A stretch of DNA of 46,367 nucleotides from Minisyncoccia bacterium (GCA_044234345.1 JBIIIW010000003.1:1-46367); one strand, 5' to 3'; shown: positions 1 to 11,073, counted from the first letter of the stretch. A program made the numbers and translations. The notes: a model not told the origin generated them from the sequence alone.

Positions 1-2356
1 AATCAATGTTTGATGTGAGAAGGATTGTGTCTCCGTATGATGATATTTCATCATCATCCACCGCTTCTAACTCTGTACAGTCAGATACCTCAACTGTAAT
101 TGGTGATCTTAGTGTGTCAAAAGTTCCTTCAGAAGAGTACGCTAAAGTCAGTCCGTTATCAGCAAAAGCTTTGTAGTAGTAGGTAGTGAAGTCGTCTAAG
201 CCTGGTATTACAACATAGAAGTTACTTGCTTGATATGCGTTAAAAGTAGTACTAGGCGTAACAGTGGCGGTGTAAGGTCCACCTAGTGTAGTACCGTACA
301 CGAATCCAACTGATGTTGGCACGTTACCCCAGGTTTCAACATATGCATTGATAGTTGTAGTGCCTAGTAATGTCTCTGATGAGTCATCTATGACTGTAAG
401 TAATGCTGGGTCAACTGTCGTAAACGAATTCTCCGCTGAATATCCATACTCAAACCCATTGTATGTATATGCTTTGAAGAAGTATGTAGTTGTATTGTCT
501 AGTCCAGTAATATCATTTTGGAATGAACCAACACCAAAGTCTCCTGTCTGTGTTGATGTAGCTGTGTAAGGACCTCCCTCTGTTGTACCATATACGAATC
601 CAACTTCTGTAGAATTGATTGGAGCTACGTCAAGGGATCCATAGAGTGTTGCGGTTGAGGTGGCTACATCAACACCCTCTTCTGATACTGCTGGAGTATA
701 GTCACAAGCTGAAGTAGTGAAGGTATCATCACTACTGTATGTAGTACCAACTTCATTAGTTGAGAAGGATGCTATGTGATATGTGGTATTACATGTAAGT
801 GATGATATTGATGCTGTATATGCTCCTGTAGAGTAGCTACCACTGGTTGATGATGTAGCTCCATATGCTGATGTAGTACCATATACGAATCCTCTAGTAG
901 TTACTATGGTGTTACCGTTAGATGTGATTGTACCGTTTAGTGTAGCTCCTGTGGTAGTAATGCTACTAGCTGCTTGTACTGTCATAGAGGGAGCTGAGAG
1001 AGCTAGGGTTGTAAATGTTGTATTGGTACTTGTACCAATACCTTGTGAGTTGATTGAGTATGATCTTACATTGTATGTAGTGTTTGGTGTTAGACCAGTA
1101 ACGTTTTGACTGTATGCTCCTACCCCGTATGTACCACTGGTTGATGATGTAGCTCCATATGAGAGAGTTGTACCGTAGTTGAATCCTCTAGATGTACTTG
1201 ATGCATTACCATCAGATGTGATTGTTCCGTTTAGAGTTACTGTAGTAGTACCTACATTTGATGCAGATTGTACTGTCATAGTTGGGATTGAGAGATCGGC
1301 TACGGTTGTAAATGTTATGTTTGGTCCATACCCAATACCTTCTGTACTACTTGCAAATGCACGGTAGTGATACAGGGTGTTTTGTGTTAGTCCTGTTATA
1401 TTAGCTGAGTATGCTCCTGTGCCGTATGTGCCACTGGTGGAAGTTGTAGCTCCGTATGCTGTAGTTAGACCGTATTGGAAGCCTCTTACGGTACTTGATG
1501 CTGCTCCGTCCGCTACTATAGTTCCATTAAGTGTAGCTCCTGATATAGTTAGACCACTTGCAGATTGAGTAGTTACATCTGGCCTACCTGTATACAGATC
1601 AGTTACATCATCAATAGTTAGTACACGATCATAGAATCTAAAATCATCGATACTTCCCTCAAAAGATGCACCGTCTTCAAAAGCCCCAAGAAGCATGGAC
1701 GATGTAGTCGTCCTAACATCACTTCCGTTAGTAGCTCTGTTTGTAAACGCAACTGGAGAACCATCGACGTACAGACTAAAACCTGTGTCCCCACCATTTC
1801 CGTTATATGTAAGTACAACATGATGCCAATTAGAGTCTACAAAGCTAGGTGTAGATGCTGTACACGCATACGCTCCCATTCCAGGGGCCTGATAGAATAC
1901 GATACCTAGAGTATCGACAGTTGCGCATTGTCCAGATCCTCGTATACCAAAAAATATTCCTTTTAATATATCCTCTTGAAAGTTACTAAATAGTGCACTA
2001 TATCCATCATCTCCTTGACTTACATACTTATACCAACCAGAGAAACTGAATTCATCATCTCCACCAAAGTTATATGCTGTAGTGAGTGTGTTAACATAAT
2101 CATCTATACCATCTAGAACTAGAGCATTACCAAAACGTCCCACAGAAGTAGTAGTTGCACTTATACCCAAATTTAATACTGCATGACGTCCCAGTCCAGA
2201 GCTATCAGGAACATTGTTAATTATACTGTCGAATGTCCAGTGACCAATCAAACCAGCTGTCGTATCAGCTTTAGATATATTGAAAGATAGTATATATAAT
2301 ATTGAATATATCAAAAATATACCTATTCTTAAATTACGAAAAAAAACATTTCTCAT
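1..2356 (-). CDS. Large secreted/surface protein: signal peptide, LamG/concanavalin A-like domain, about five FN3-like repeats; 3' end runs off the left edge
   Basis: Not in the ORF track (no stop inside the window). Manual translation from ATG 2356: MRNVFFRNLRIGIFLIYSIIYILSFNISKADTTAGLIGHWTFD...WHHVVLTY...LYVDG...FEGSIDDFRFYDRVL (LamG), then repeated ATLNGTI...RGF.YG.T..YG...ITGL..NT.Y.YRA units (FN3-like); frame stays open to the window edge. Confidence 0.9.
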   Translation of the reverse strand, partial: MRNVFFRNLRIGIFLIYSILYILSFNISKADTTAGLIGHWTFDSIINNVPDSSGLGRHAVLNLGISATTTSVGRFGNALVLDGIDDYVNTLTTAYNFGGDDEFSFSGWYKYVSQGDDGYSALFSNFQEDILKGIFFGIRGSGQCATVDTLGIVFYQAPGMGAYACTASTPSFVDSNWHHVVLTYNGNGGDTGFSLYVDGSPVAFTNRATNGSDVRTTTSSMLLGAFEDGASFEGSIDDFRFYDRVLTIDDVTDLYTGRPDVTTQSASGLTISGATLNGTIVADGAASSTVRGFQYGLTTAYGATTSTSGTYGTGAYSANITGLTQNTLYHYRAFASSTEGIGYGPNITFTTVADLSIPTMTVQSASNVGTTTVTLNGTITSDGNASSTSRGFNYGTTLSYGATSSTSGTYGVGAYSQNVTGLTPNTTYNVRSYSINSQGIGTSTNTTFTTLALSAPSMTVQAASSITTTGATLNGTITSNGNTIVTTRGFVYGTTSAYGATSSTSGSYSTGAYTASISSLTCNTTYHIASFSTNEVGTTYSSDDTFTTSACDYTPAVSEEGVDVATSTATLYGSLDVAPINSTEVGFVYGTTEGGPYTATSTQTGDFGVGSFQNDITGLDNTTTYFFKAYTYNGFEYGYSAENSFTTVDPALLTVIDDSSETLLGTTTINAYVETWGNVPTSVGFVYGTTLGGPYTATVTPSTTFNAYQASNFYVVIPGLDDFTTYYYKAFADNGLTLAYSSEGTFDTLRSPITVEVSDCTELEAVDDDEISSYGDTILLTSNID

Positions 2357-2404
2357 TTGTGATAATTGTATCACAAATGAGGCACGTTAAATGTGGATAA
2401 CACA

Positions 2405-3616
<1,212 letters not shown>

Positions 3617-3621
3617 TTACC

Positions 3622-4305
3622 ATGCTTAACGAAAAAGAATTGACTATTGAGATGATCAACGAGAATATCGAAGGTCATATACAAGATATTACCAAAGAGT
3701 TTAAGAATGGTTTTGAGTTTATAAAAAAATACCCTAGATCTGTAACCTTCTTTGGTTCATCACGTCTAACACAAGAAAGCTCACACTATTGTGATGCTAA
3801 AAAGCTTGCTAGTGAGATAGTTCACAAGCTTAACTATGCCGTCATAACTGGAGGAGGTCCTGGTATTATGGAGGCTGCTAATTGTGGAGCAATTGAGGCC
3901 AAAGGTAAGTCTGTGGGATTAAATATTATAATCCCTAGTGAGCAACATACAAACGATTATACAAATGACAACGTAGTCTTTGATTACTTCTTCACAAGAA
4001 AGACTATGCTTACTTTTGCAGCAGAAGCATATATCTTCTTCCCTGGAGGATTTGGTACATTAGACGAACTATTTGGAATACTTACTCTAATTCAGACAAA
4101 GAAGATCCCTAGAGTCCCTATTGTCCTATTCGGTAAAGACTACTGGAATCCAATGAAGAAGTTTCTACAGGAAACTGTACTTGATCAACATCATGCAATA
4201 GATGCAGAAGATCTAAATCTTTTTGTTATCACAGATTCTATAGAGAAGACTGTTGATCTCATTAGTAAAGCTCCTATCTCTGGTTGGTGGAAGATGATGG
4301 ATTAA
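3622..4305 (+). CDS. LOG family (TIGR00730-like) nucleotide phosphoribohydrolase
   Basis: TFFGSSR, ITGGGPGIMEAAN, FFTRK, PGGFGTLDE; start moved to ATG 3622. Confidence 0.92.
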   Translation: MLNEKELTIEMINENIEGHIQDITKEFKNGFEFIKKYPRSVTFFGSSRLTQESSHYCDAKKLASEIVHKLNYAVITGGGPGIMEAANCGAIEAKGKSVGLNIIIPSEQHTNDYTNDNVVFDYFFTRKTMLTFAAEAYIFFPGGFGTLDELFGILTLIQTKKIPRVPIVLFGKDYWNPMKKFLQETVLDQHHAIDAEDLNLFVITDSIEKTVDLISKAPISGWWKMMD

Positions 4306-4306
4306 G

Positions 4307-4344
4307 TAAAACAAAAAACACCCTAAGGGGTGTTTTTTGTTTTA
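4307..4344. terminator. Bidirectional intrinsic terminator
   Basis: Perfect 17-bp stem TAAAACAAAAAACACCC-TAAG-GGGTGTTTTTTGTTTTA between convergent genes. Confidence 0.9.
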
Positions 4345-4360
4345 GTAAGACGAGTAAGTA

Positions 4361-4666
4361 TTACCAATTTCCACGGCTCTCACCACCACGATTGAAATCC
4401 TTTCTTGGTGCGCGAGGTTCCATAGGACGAGCTTCATTAACAGTAAGATTTCTACCATCTAGAGGCTTACCGTTGAACATGTTGATAGCGTTGTCTGCTT
4501 CAGCATCTGAAGACATTTGAACGAAACCAAATCCCTTTGATCTGTTTGTCATCTTGTCGATGATGATACTAGCTGATTCAACTGCTCCGGCCTGAGCGAA
4601 GTGTGCCTTAAGCGCATCCTCACTTGTACCGTATGAAATACCTCCTACATATAACTTCTTTGCCAT
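4361..4666 (-). CDS. RRM RNA-binding protein
   Basis: RNP2 LYVGGI, RNP1 KGFGFVQM, VNEARP, G/R-rich tail; start MAKKLY at 4666. Confidence 0.95.
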   Translation of the reverse strand: MAKKLYVGGISYGTSEDALKAHFAQAGAVESASIIIDKMTNRSKGFGFVQMSSDAEADNAINMFNGKPLDGRNLTVNEARPMEPRAPRKDFNRGGESRGNW

Positions 4667-4728
4667 TTCTTTTAACATTACCTCGTCTTTAAATATAAAC
4701 GTAAGCGACTAGGAAAACTTACAGGAAT

Positions 4729-4757
4729 ATAGTACAGGAGTATTGAAGCGAAGTCAA
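4729..4757 (-). promoter_or_regulatory. sigma70 promoter of the RRM gene
   Basis: TTGACT-17 bp-TACTAT on the minus strand. Confidence 0.75.
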
Positions 4758-4934
4758 TGTTTTTGCAATGAAATAATCCATAAAATTATTTAGGTACTTG
4801 AAAGAATTTAGCTCAACAGATACCCAAAGTTAGGTAGTAATGGCTTGTTTTATAACCTTAATACTAGTTATAAACATCTAGTAAACCTTAATACAAATGT
4901 TATAATGTCTATCAAGGTTTACTAAGCATTAGTA

Positions 4935-5189
4935 ATGTATCAAATGGAGAACAAATACATAACAATTAAGCATGCAGCTAAGATACTTGGAGTATCAGAA
5001 CTGACTCTTCGTAACTGGGACAACAGTGGAAAATTCCCTGCTGGAAGACACCCTATAAGTAACTACAGGGTCTACAAAATTGAGGATATAGAGGATATTT
5101 TAATGAAAATGGGAACCAGGGTTATTAACGACAAAAAACCCTCTAGAGAGGATATAAAGCGTTTAATAGTGAAGCATCTGCACGACTAG
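4935..5189 (+). CDS. Small MerR/excisionase/BldC-like HTH DNA-binding protein
   Basis: TIKHAAKILGVSELTLRNWD..G...A.R....YRVY; no effector domain. Confidence 0.88.
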   Translation: MYQMENKYITIKHAAKILGVSELTLRNWDNSGKFPAGRHPISNYRVYKIEDIEDILMKMGTRVINDKKPSREDIKRLIVKHLHD

Positions 5190-6596
5190 CTATTTGATAG
5201 CTTCTAGTATCAATTTCTTGAGCATTTCTGGATTAGCAGAACCCTTTGTGGCCTTCATTCCCTGTCCTACTAGAAACTGTAGTACTGATTCCTTACCAGC
5301 TTTGTACTCAGCTACTACACCCTGATTCTTACCAACAATATCTTCGACAATTTTCTTAATCTCCCCTTCATCATTCTTCTGTATTAGTCCATTCTTTTCT
5401 GCTATAGATTCTGGATCAGAATTATCATTAAGCATGATAGCTAATGTGTCCTTAGCACCTCTTGAAGACACAATTCTATTAAGTACCATAGTCATCAACT
5501 TTCTAAATTTGTCAGGTGATATTGTATCTATCTTCTTTCCTTCTTTCTTAATAAGTCCTAGATAGTCTGAGAGGATGTAGTTAGTTGAGAGCTTGTATAT
5601 CTCCTTATTCTCCCCTACAACCAATTCAAAGTATTTAGCAATTTCTGGTGATTCAACAAATACTGATACTTCCTTTTCAGTCATGCCATATACAGAAGAA
5701 AATCTATCTCTCTTGATCCAAGGTAGTTCTGGTGTCTCTTTGGTAATATGCTCTTTGTTAAATTCAGATATCTCACTAATCTTTAATTTAGGTAAATCTG
5801 GATCTGGGAAATATCTATAGTCATGTGAACTCTCCTTCAATCTTTGTGAGTATGTTGTTCCGGTATTCTCATCAAATCCTCTTGTCTCTTGTACTACCTT
5901 CTCCCCTTTCTCAAGTAGTCTTATCTGTCTTTCAATTTCGTATGCGATAGATTTCTCAACAGCCTTAAATGAGTTAAGATTTTTTACCTCAGTCTTTGTT
6001 CCAAATTCTTTTGTCTTACTAACTGATATGTTAGCTTCAACTCTCATCTCTCCCTTCTCAAGATTAGCTTCACCTGCACCGATGTATCTAAGTAGTAACT
6101 GTAATTCTTTAGCGAACTTTACTGCTGTATCTGCATCATGTATTACAGGTTCTGTAACAAGTTCCATTAGAGGTACACCTGATCTATTGTAATTTATTAA
6201 ACTCTTTTGATGAGTATCGTGAGTAGACTGTGCTGTATCTTCTTCTAGATGAATACGTGTTAGTTCTACACCAGCAAGTTTACCTCCACTTACAAGTGGA
6301 TATTTATATTGAGATATCTGATATCCTTTTGGGATGTCTGGATAGAAATAGTTTTTACGATCCCATTCAGTAAAGTCTGCAATAGTTCCACCTATCGCAT
6401 GACCAATCTTAAGTACATGCTTTATAGCCTCTTTGTTGAGTACTGGTAGAGTACCAGGATGACCCATACAAACTGGGCATATATTTCTATTAGCCACCTC
6501 CTCATCTGGATTGTTTCTACAAGAACAGAACATCTTAGAAGATGTCTTAAGTTCTGCATGTATTTCAAGACCTATTGTTGCTGTATAGTCCTTCAT
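5190..6596 (-). CDS. gatB: Asp/Glu-tRNA amidotransferase subunit B
   Basis: IGLEIHAEL, CPVCMGHPG, RKNYFYPD, RIHLEED, EVKNLNS, DYRYFPDPD. Confidence 0.98.
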   Translation of the reverse strand: MKDYTATIGLEIHAELKTSSKMFCSCRNNPDEEVANRNICPVCMGHPGTLPVLNKEAIKHVLKIGHAIGGTIADFTEWDRKNYFYPDIPKGYQISQYKYPLVSGGKLAGVELTRIHLEEDTAQSTHDTHQKSLINYNRSGVPLMELVTEPVIHDADTAVKFAKELQLLLRYIGAGEANLEKGEMRVEANISVSKTKEFGTKTEVKNLNSFKAVEKSIAYEIERQIRLLEKGEKVVQETRGFDENTGTTYSQRLKESSHDYRYFPDPDLPKLKISEISEFNKEHITKETPELPWIKRDRFSSVYGMTEKEVSVFVESPEIAKYFELVVGENKEIYKLSTNYILSDYLGLIKKEGKKIDTISPDKFRKLMTMVLNRIVSSRGAKDTLAIMLNDNSDPESIAEKNGLIQKNDEGEIKKIVEDIVGKNQGVVAEYKAGKESVLQFLVGQGMKATKGSANPEMLKKLILEAIK

Positions 6597-6614
6597 AACG
6601 GTATGTATTATACA

Positions 6615-7586
6615 CTATTTCCTCAATCTCTTTACTATTTCATCAGATATATTCTTTATAGACTTATCATCTAGTACAGTTACAACTAGTATATCTTTGT
6701 TGAACTTCTGCAACTTCTTTATCGCACTATCAATACCCTTTTCATCAGTCATATCAGTCTTTGTAAGGATGATTGTCTCTTCCTTCTCATCAAGTCCTTG
6801 TCCGTATTGTTTAAGCTCGTTACGAATAGTTTTGTATGTCTCAACAATAGCTGTATTCTCAAGAGAGATTAGATGTAAAATTATATTAGTTCTCTTGATA
6901 TGTCTCAAGAACTTATGACCTAGTCCCTTACCTTCTGAAGCACCCTCAATAAGTCCCGGAATATCTGCAAGAATGAATCCTCCCTTCAGCGCACCTAGGT
7001 TTGGCTCAAGAGTAGTAAACTGATAGTTACCAACTTTAGCATCTGCATTAGTTAGTGCATTAAGTAGACTTGATTTACCAGCATTAGGAAGCCCGACTAA
7101 TCCAGCATCAGCTACTAGTTCAAGTTCAATATGAAAATCTGCTTCTTCTCCATCTCTTCCTGGAGTTGATTGTGTAGGAGTAATATTTGTTGATGCTTTG
7201 AAATGTTCATTACCAAGACCCCCACGTCCACCTTTAAGAATTTGTATAACTTCACCATCATTTACAAGATTGTATTGTCTCTTTGTTCTGCCATCAGTTA
7301 TAACTGAACCTATAGGTAGCTCTATAGTAAGATCATCACCATTTTTTCCATACATACTGTTCTTCATACCATCTCCCCCTCTTTGAGACTCTAATTCCTT
7401 AACATTTCTATACTTCTCTAGAATACCAAGATCACGTATAGCTTTTACATATACGTCTCCACCATTACCTCCGTTTCCACCAGAAGGACCAGCAAGCTCA
7501 CGACCTCTCTCATGAAGCCAGCGAACAACGCCATTACCACCGTTTCCGGCCTTAATATGTATAGTTAGATCATCAATGAATGCCAT
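6615..7586 (-). CDS. obgE: GTPase ObgE (no C-terminal extension)
   Basis: Gly-rich Obg fold, GLPNAGKS, YQFTTLEPNLG, DIPGLIEGA, TKTD. Confidence 0.97.
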   Translation of the reverse strand: MAFIDDLTIHIKAGNGGNGVVRWLHERGRELAGPSGGNGGNGGDVYVKAIRDLGILEKYRNVKELESQRGGDGMKNSMYGKNGDDLTIELPIGSVITDGRTKRQYNLVNDGEVIQILKGGRGGLGNEHFKASTNITPTQSTPGRDGEEADFHIELELVADAGLVGLPNAGKSSLLNALTNADAKVGNYQFTTLEPNLGALKGGFILADIPGLIEGASEGKGLGHKFLRHIKRTNIILHLISLENTAIVETYKTIRNELKQYGQGLDEKEETIILTKTDMTDEKGIDSAIKKLQKFNKDILVVTVLDDKSIKNISDEIVKRLRK

Positions 7587-7601
7587 ACTAGCACTGTAAC
7601 A

Positions 7602-8642
7602 CTATCTAGTGGTCTTGTAAATTTCTAGTAGAGCAAAAAGGAGGGCAACAATTAGTGGACCTGCAATGAATCCGATAGGGCCAAAGAATGCTAATCCTCC
7701 CATAACAGATAGCAATATTAGGAATGGATGCACATTTACCCCTCTGTTTACAAGCATTGGACCTAGGAAGTTATCTACCAATCCAACTGCAATTATTCCC
7801 CATACCAACAGTCCAACAGCGTGTAAGTTTGTACTAACGAAGAATAGGTAGAGTACTCCAGGAACTATAACTAGTGATGTACCGATACCAGGAATCAATG
7901 CTGCAACAACTGCGAAGCTTCCCCATAGAGCTGGGTTTGGTACTCCAAATACCCAAAATCCTAATCCTGTTAATACTCCCTGTATTAATCCAACTACAAG
8001 TGAACCCACAACAACTGAACGTATAGCTTGCTTAAGCTTTGAGAAAATCTTTTCATCATAATTATCAGCCAATGGACTTACTAGTATGATATCTTGCTTG
8101 AACTTACCTCCATCACGTAATAGGTAGAAGAGAGCGAAGAGCATTATGAATAGCTCTAGAGCAAATTTGGTAATACTAGAGAATATTGTGTCTAGGTTAG
8201 CAAATGACCACTCTAAGAAGTTCTGTACATACTTTGTAATATTAAATGAGTCGAAGCTATATGCCGGAAATACTCCACCTAGTCTGTATGATAGTGATTC
8301 AGAGAATGAATTCAATGAATCAATAAGTAGTGATCTACTACCCTCGTCGGTTAGACTATAGTATAGGTTTTCACTTTCCATATATACCTGCTTTGCAACG
8401 AATATTAGAGGGATAATAATCGCAACAGCAACAACTGTTAGAGTTACGAAGGTTGATACACTACTTGATTGTACTCCGTTAGAGAATATTCTTGATATAT
8501 ATCTGTGTAATGGTCTAAACATTACAGAGAAGACAAGAGCGAGTAGTAGGGACGTCATGTAAGGATAGAAGATGTAGAAAGTCAGTACACCTACACCGAT
8601 AAGGATTAGGAGGAAGAAATAATGTTGTGATTTATTTTCCAT
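7602..8642 (-). CDS. AI-2E family transporter
   Basis: Multi-TM protein, ALIPGIG, GLVDNFLGP, VHPFLILLSVMGG...FGPIGFIAGP. Confidence 0.9.
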   Translation of the reverse strand: MENKSQHYFFLLILIGVGVLTFYIFYPYMTSLLLALVFSVMFRPLHRYISRIFSNGVQSSSVSTFVTLTVVAVAIIIPLIFVAKQVYMESENLYYSLTDEGSRSLLIDSLNSFSESLSYRLGGVFPAYSFDSFNITKYVQNFLEWSFANLDTIFSSITKFALELFIMLFALFYLLRDGGKFKQDIILVSPLADNYDEKIFSKLKQAIRSVVVGSLVVGLIQGVLTGLGFWVFGVPNPALWGSFAVVAALIPGIGTSLVIVPGVLYLFFVSTNLHAVGLLVWGIIAVGLVDNFLGPMLVNRGVNVHPFLILLSVMGGLAFFGPIGFIAGPLIVALLFALLEIYKTTR

Positions 8643-8682
8643 TTTAGTTTAAATTATACATTTATTATAGCACGCGAATAAA

Positions 8683-9525
8683 TTAAAGCATGTATAGATC
8701 CTGCTTCATATCCCCAATTCCTATATATTCTGCTTCACCCTTAAGTATTTTCTCGAAAGGTCTACATGCAAAACATCCAGCTTCTCCCTTTGGGCACTTG
8801 AATTCTCCCTTGTCTCTTGCTTCCTTAACCTTAATTGCAATCTCGTATACCCTATCAAACGATTCCTGCATACTAGGTAATTCGACATCTACAGGTACAT
8901 CATCTTTGTCTAAATACCAATAGCTTGCACCAGTTACCTTCCTCTTCTGTAATTCCTTAAGTAATAGTTGATATATTGGTAGTTGTAGTGAACCCTCACT
9001 CTCCTCATTCTTCCCTGTCTTGAAATCCAGAATGTGTACACTGTTATCCTCAGGCTTCCAGATTAACCAGTCAATCTTTCCACATAGGATAATATTCTTG
9101 TCTTCACTTAGATAGAAGTTTGGTGGTAATCCATTATCTCCTTCTTTAACCTTAACTGTTTTCTGCTTAAGTGGTGTAGGGTTATCAATTACTCTCTTAA
9201 TCATTGCTCTTGCCCTTTCCTTCACTTCTTTCTCCTCCTTTTCAGTCTTGAATCCTCCTTTCTTACCACTTACCTTCTTCCAAGCAATATCTAGATCATT
9301 CTCTAGTGATCGATTAAATCTCTCTTCTGTCTTAAAGTTAGCTAATCCTTCTAGTACCTCATGAACAGCAAGTCCAAGTGATAGTGCTGGATTAACTATA
9401 TTCATCTTCCTCTTAGTCCCTGGATCCTTATATACATTATGTAGGTAATACGCTCTAGGACATTTTATAAAATCTCCCATTGATGAATGTGATACCCACG
9501 TAGCTTTGTATGGATCCTTTGCCAT
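8683..9525 (-). CDS. PD-(D/E)XK nuclease, RecB/AddB/Cas4-like
   Basis: SHS...CPR, G.AVHEVLE, GKID, ILDFKTG, QLPIY, C-terminal C-x5-C-x2-C. Confidence 0.88.
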   Translation of the reverse strand: MAKDPYKATWVSHSSMGDFIKCPRAYYLHNVYKDPGTKRKMNIVNPALSLGLAVHEVLEGLANFKTEERFNRSLENDLDIAWKKVSGKKGGFKTEKEEKEVKERARAMIKRVIDNPTPLKQKTVKVKEGDNGLPPNFYLSEDKNIILCGKIDWLIWKPEDNSVHILDFKTGKNEESEGSLQLPIYQLLLKELQKRKVTGASYWYLDKDDVPVDVELPSMQESFDRVYEIAIKVKEARDKGEFKCPKGEAGCFACRPFEKILKGEAEYIGIGDMKQDLYML

Positions 9526-9527
9526 TA

Positions 9528-10088
9528 TTACTTTGTACTTACAGTAACTTTTTGTATTACAACCTTATCTATTGGTCTGTCTGCTCCATCAACTGGAGTT
9601 GTAGCTATTGCATCAACAACCTCAATACCAGATACAACCTTACCGAATATTGTGTATAGGTTTGGTAATGGATTATCATTATGCATTATGAAGAACTGAC
9701 TTCCATTTGTATTTGGACCGGAGTTTGCCATAGCAACAACTCCTCTCTTGTATCCTTCCTTGTATGAAGGTGTACTTGGATTAAGCTCGTCAGCGAACTT
9801 GTATCCTGGACCTCCAGTACCTGTACCAGTTGGATCTCCTCCTTGGATCATAAATCCTTCAATTACTCTATGGAAAATTACACCATTGTAGTATCCCTTG
9901 TTGGCTAGGGTGATAAAGTTCTCCACTGTCTTTGGAGCATCCGCATCATATGTCTCAAATACTATTACCCCCTTATTTGTCTCTATTGTTACTGTATTCA
10001 TAAGATTTGTTTTTGCTGTTTGTGGCCAGAAGTATAACATTCCAGCTAGAACCGCTATTAAAATTATTAATATATATACTTTTTTCAT
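9528..10088 (-). CDS. Cyclophilin-type peptidyl-prolyl isomerase with N-terminal membrane anchor
   Basis: FHRVIEGFMIQGGDPTG, AMANSGPNTNGSQFFI. Confidence 0.96.
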   Translation of the reverse strand: MKKVYILIILIAVLAGMLYFWPQTAKTNLMNTVTIETNKGVIVFETYDADAPKTVENFITLANKGYYNGVIFHRVIEGFMIQGGDPTGTGTGGPGYKFADELNPSTPSYKEGYKRGVVAMANSGPNTNGSQFFIMHNDNPLPNLYTIFGKVVSGIEVVDAIATTPVDGADRPIDKVVIQKVTVSTK

Positions 10089-11072
10089 CTAAACATTATA
10101 TATTTCCTTTACAGTTTTTACTACTGTCTCAATTGCTTCGGAAAGACCAGATTTTAAATTAGCTCCTGCAGCTTGCTTATGTCCTCCGCCTCCGAGCTTA
10201 ACTGCAAGCTTTGATACGTCATAGTTAACCGCATCCTTACTTTTAAAACTACATTTTACCTTACCAGGTTCCACTTCAACCAATGTTCCTGCTATCTCTA
10301 CACCTAATACAGACTTAATCTTATTCGAGATGTATCCAGTAAACCTATCACCATTTAATATATTGTTCTTTATTAAATCATCATTACTTATATGTGCGAG
10401 CGCCAACTTACCATCGTAATATGTCTTTACAGATGATAGCACTAGACTTTCGAATACAAGACTCTCTATCCTATTACTATTCTCCATTGTTGAAATAGTT
10501 TTCTGATAGTCTGGAGCAATCTCTGTCAAACTTGCTGCTAACTTCAATGTTCTTGGGCCATTAATGCCATATCTAAAACCTCCAGTATCTGTATACATTC
10601 CCATAAACAAATTAAGTGCAATGTTTCTATCTATACTCACCCCCATCTCTACTAGTATATGGTGAACTAATTCTGCAGTAGATGAATATGTAGGATCTAT
10701 GTAGTTTATCTTTCCGTATCCAACATTACTTACATGGTGATCTATTATAATTGTTGTAAGTGAATCAGGGAATGTAATCTTATCCTTAGCTGATATCATC
10801 TCTATACTACCGCTATCTAGTATTATGAATGTATCAAACTCATTTATATCTATCTCAAAGTAGTTCTTCCCTACTATAGTCTCTACTCCCGGGAAATCAA
10901 ATGCTTTGGGTATATCAGAATCTCCTTTAATTAGGGTTACTCTCTTACCCAATTGCTCTAGTGCAAACTTCATTGCTAGAGTTGAACCTACACTATCTGG
11001 ATCAGGTGATGGGTGACAATGAAGAAGAATATTGTTTGCTTTCTTTATCTGTTCTTGAATTTCATTTATCAT
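10089..11072 (-). CDS. nrnA: DHH/DHHA1 phosphoesterase (NrnA-like nanoRNase/pAp phosphatase)
   Basis: H.SPDPD, ILD, IDHH, TDTG, GGGHKQAAG. Confidence 0.88.
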   Translation of the reverse strand: MINEIQEQIKKANNILLHCHPSPDPDSVGSTLAMKFALEQLGKRVTLIKGDSDIPKAFDFPGVETIVGKNYFEIDINEFDTFIILDSGSIEMISAKDKITFPDSLTTIIIDHHVSNVGYGKINYIDPTYSSTAELVHHILVEMGVSIDRNIALNLFMGMYTDTGGFRYGINGPRTLKLAASLTEIAPDYQKTISTMENSNRIESLVFESLVLSSVKTYYDGKLALAHISNDDLIKNNILNGDRFTGYISNKIKSVLGVEIAGTLVEVEPGKVKCSFKSKDAVNYDVSKLAVKLGGGGHKQAAGANLKSGLSEAIETVVKTVKEIYNV

Positions 11073-11073
11073 G

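Noticed and set aside
348-1821. Five short ORFs in the track
   Set aside because: Antisense or off-frame shadows of the large LamG/FN3 gene; the same applies to most short ORFs nested within long genes across the window
2392-2400. Perfect DnaA box (TGTGGATAA); another at 36241
   Set aside because: Isolated copies with no cluster or dnaA/dnaN context; not evidence for oriC
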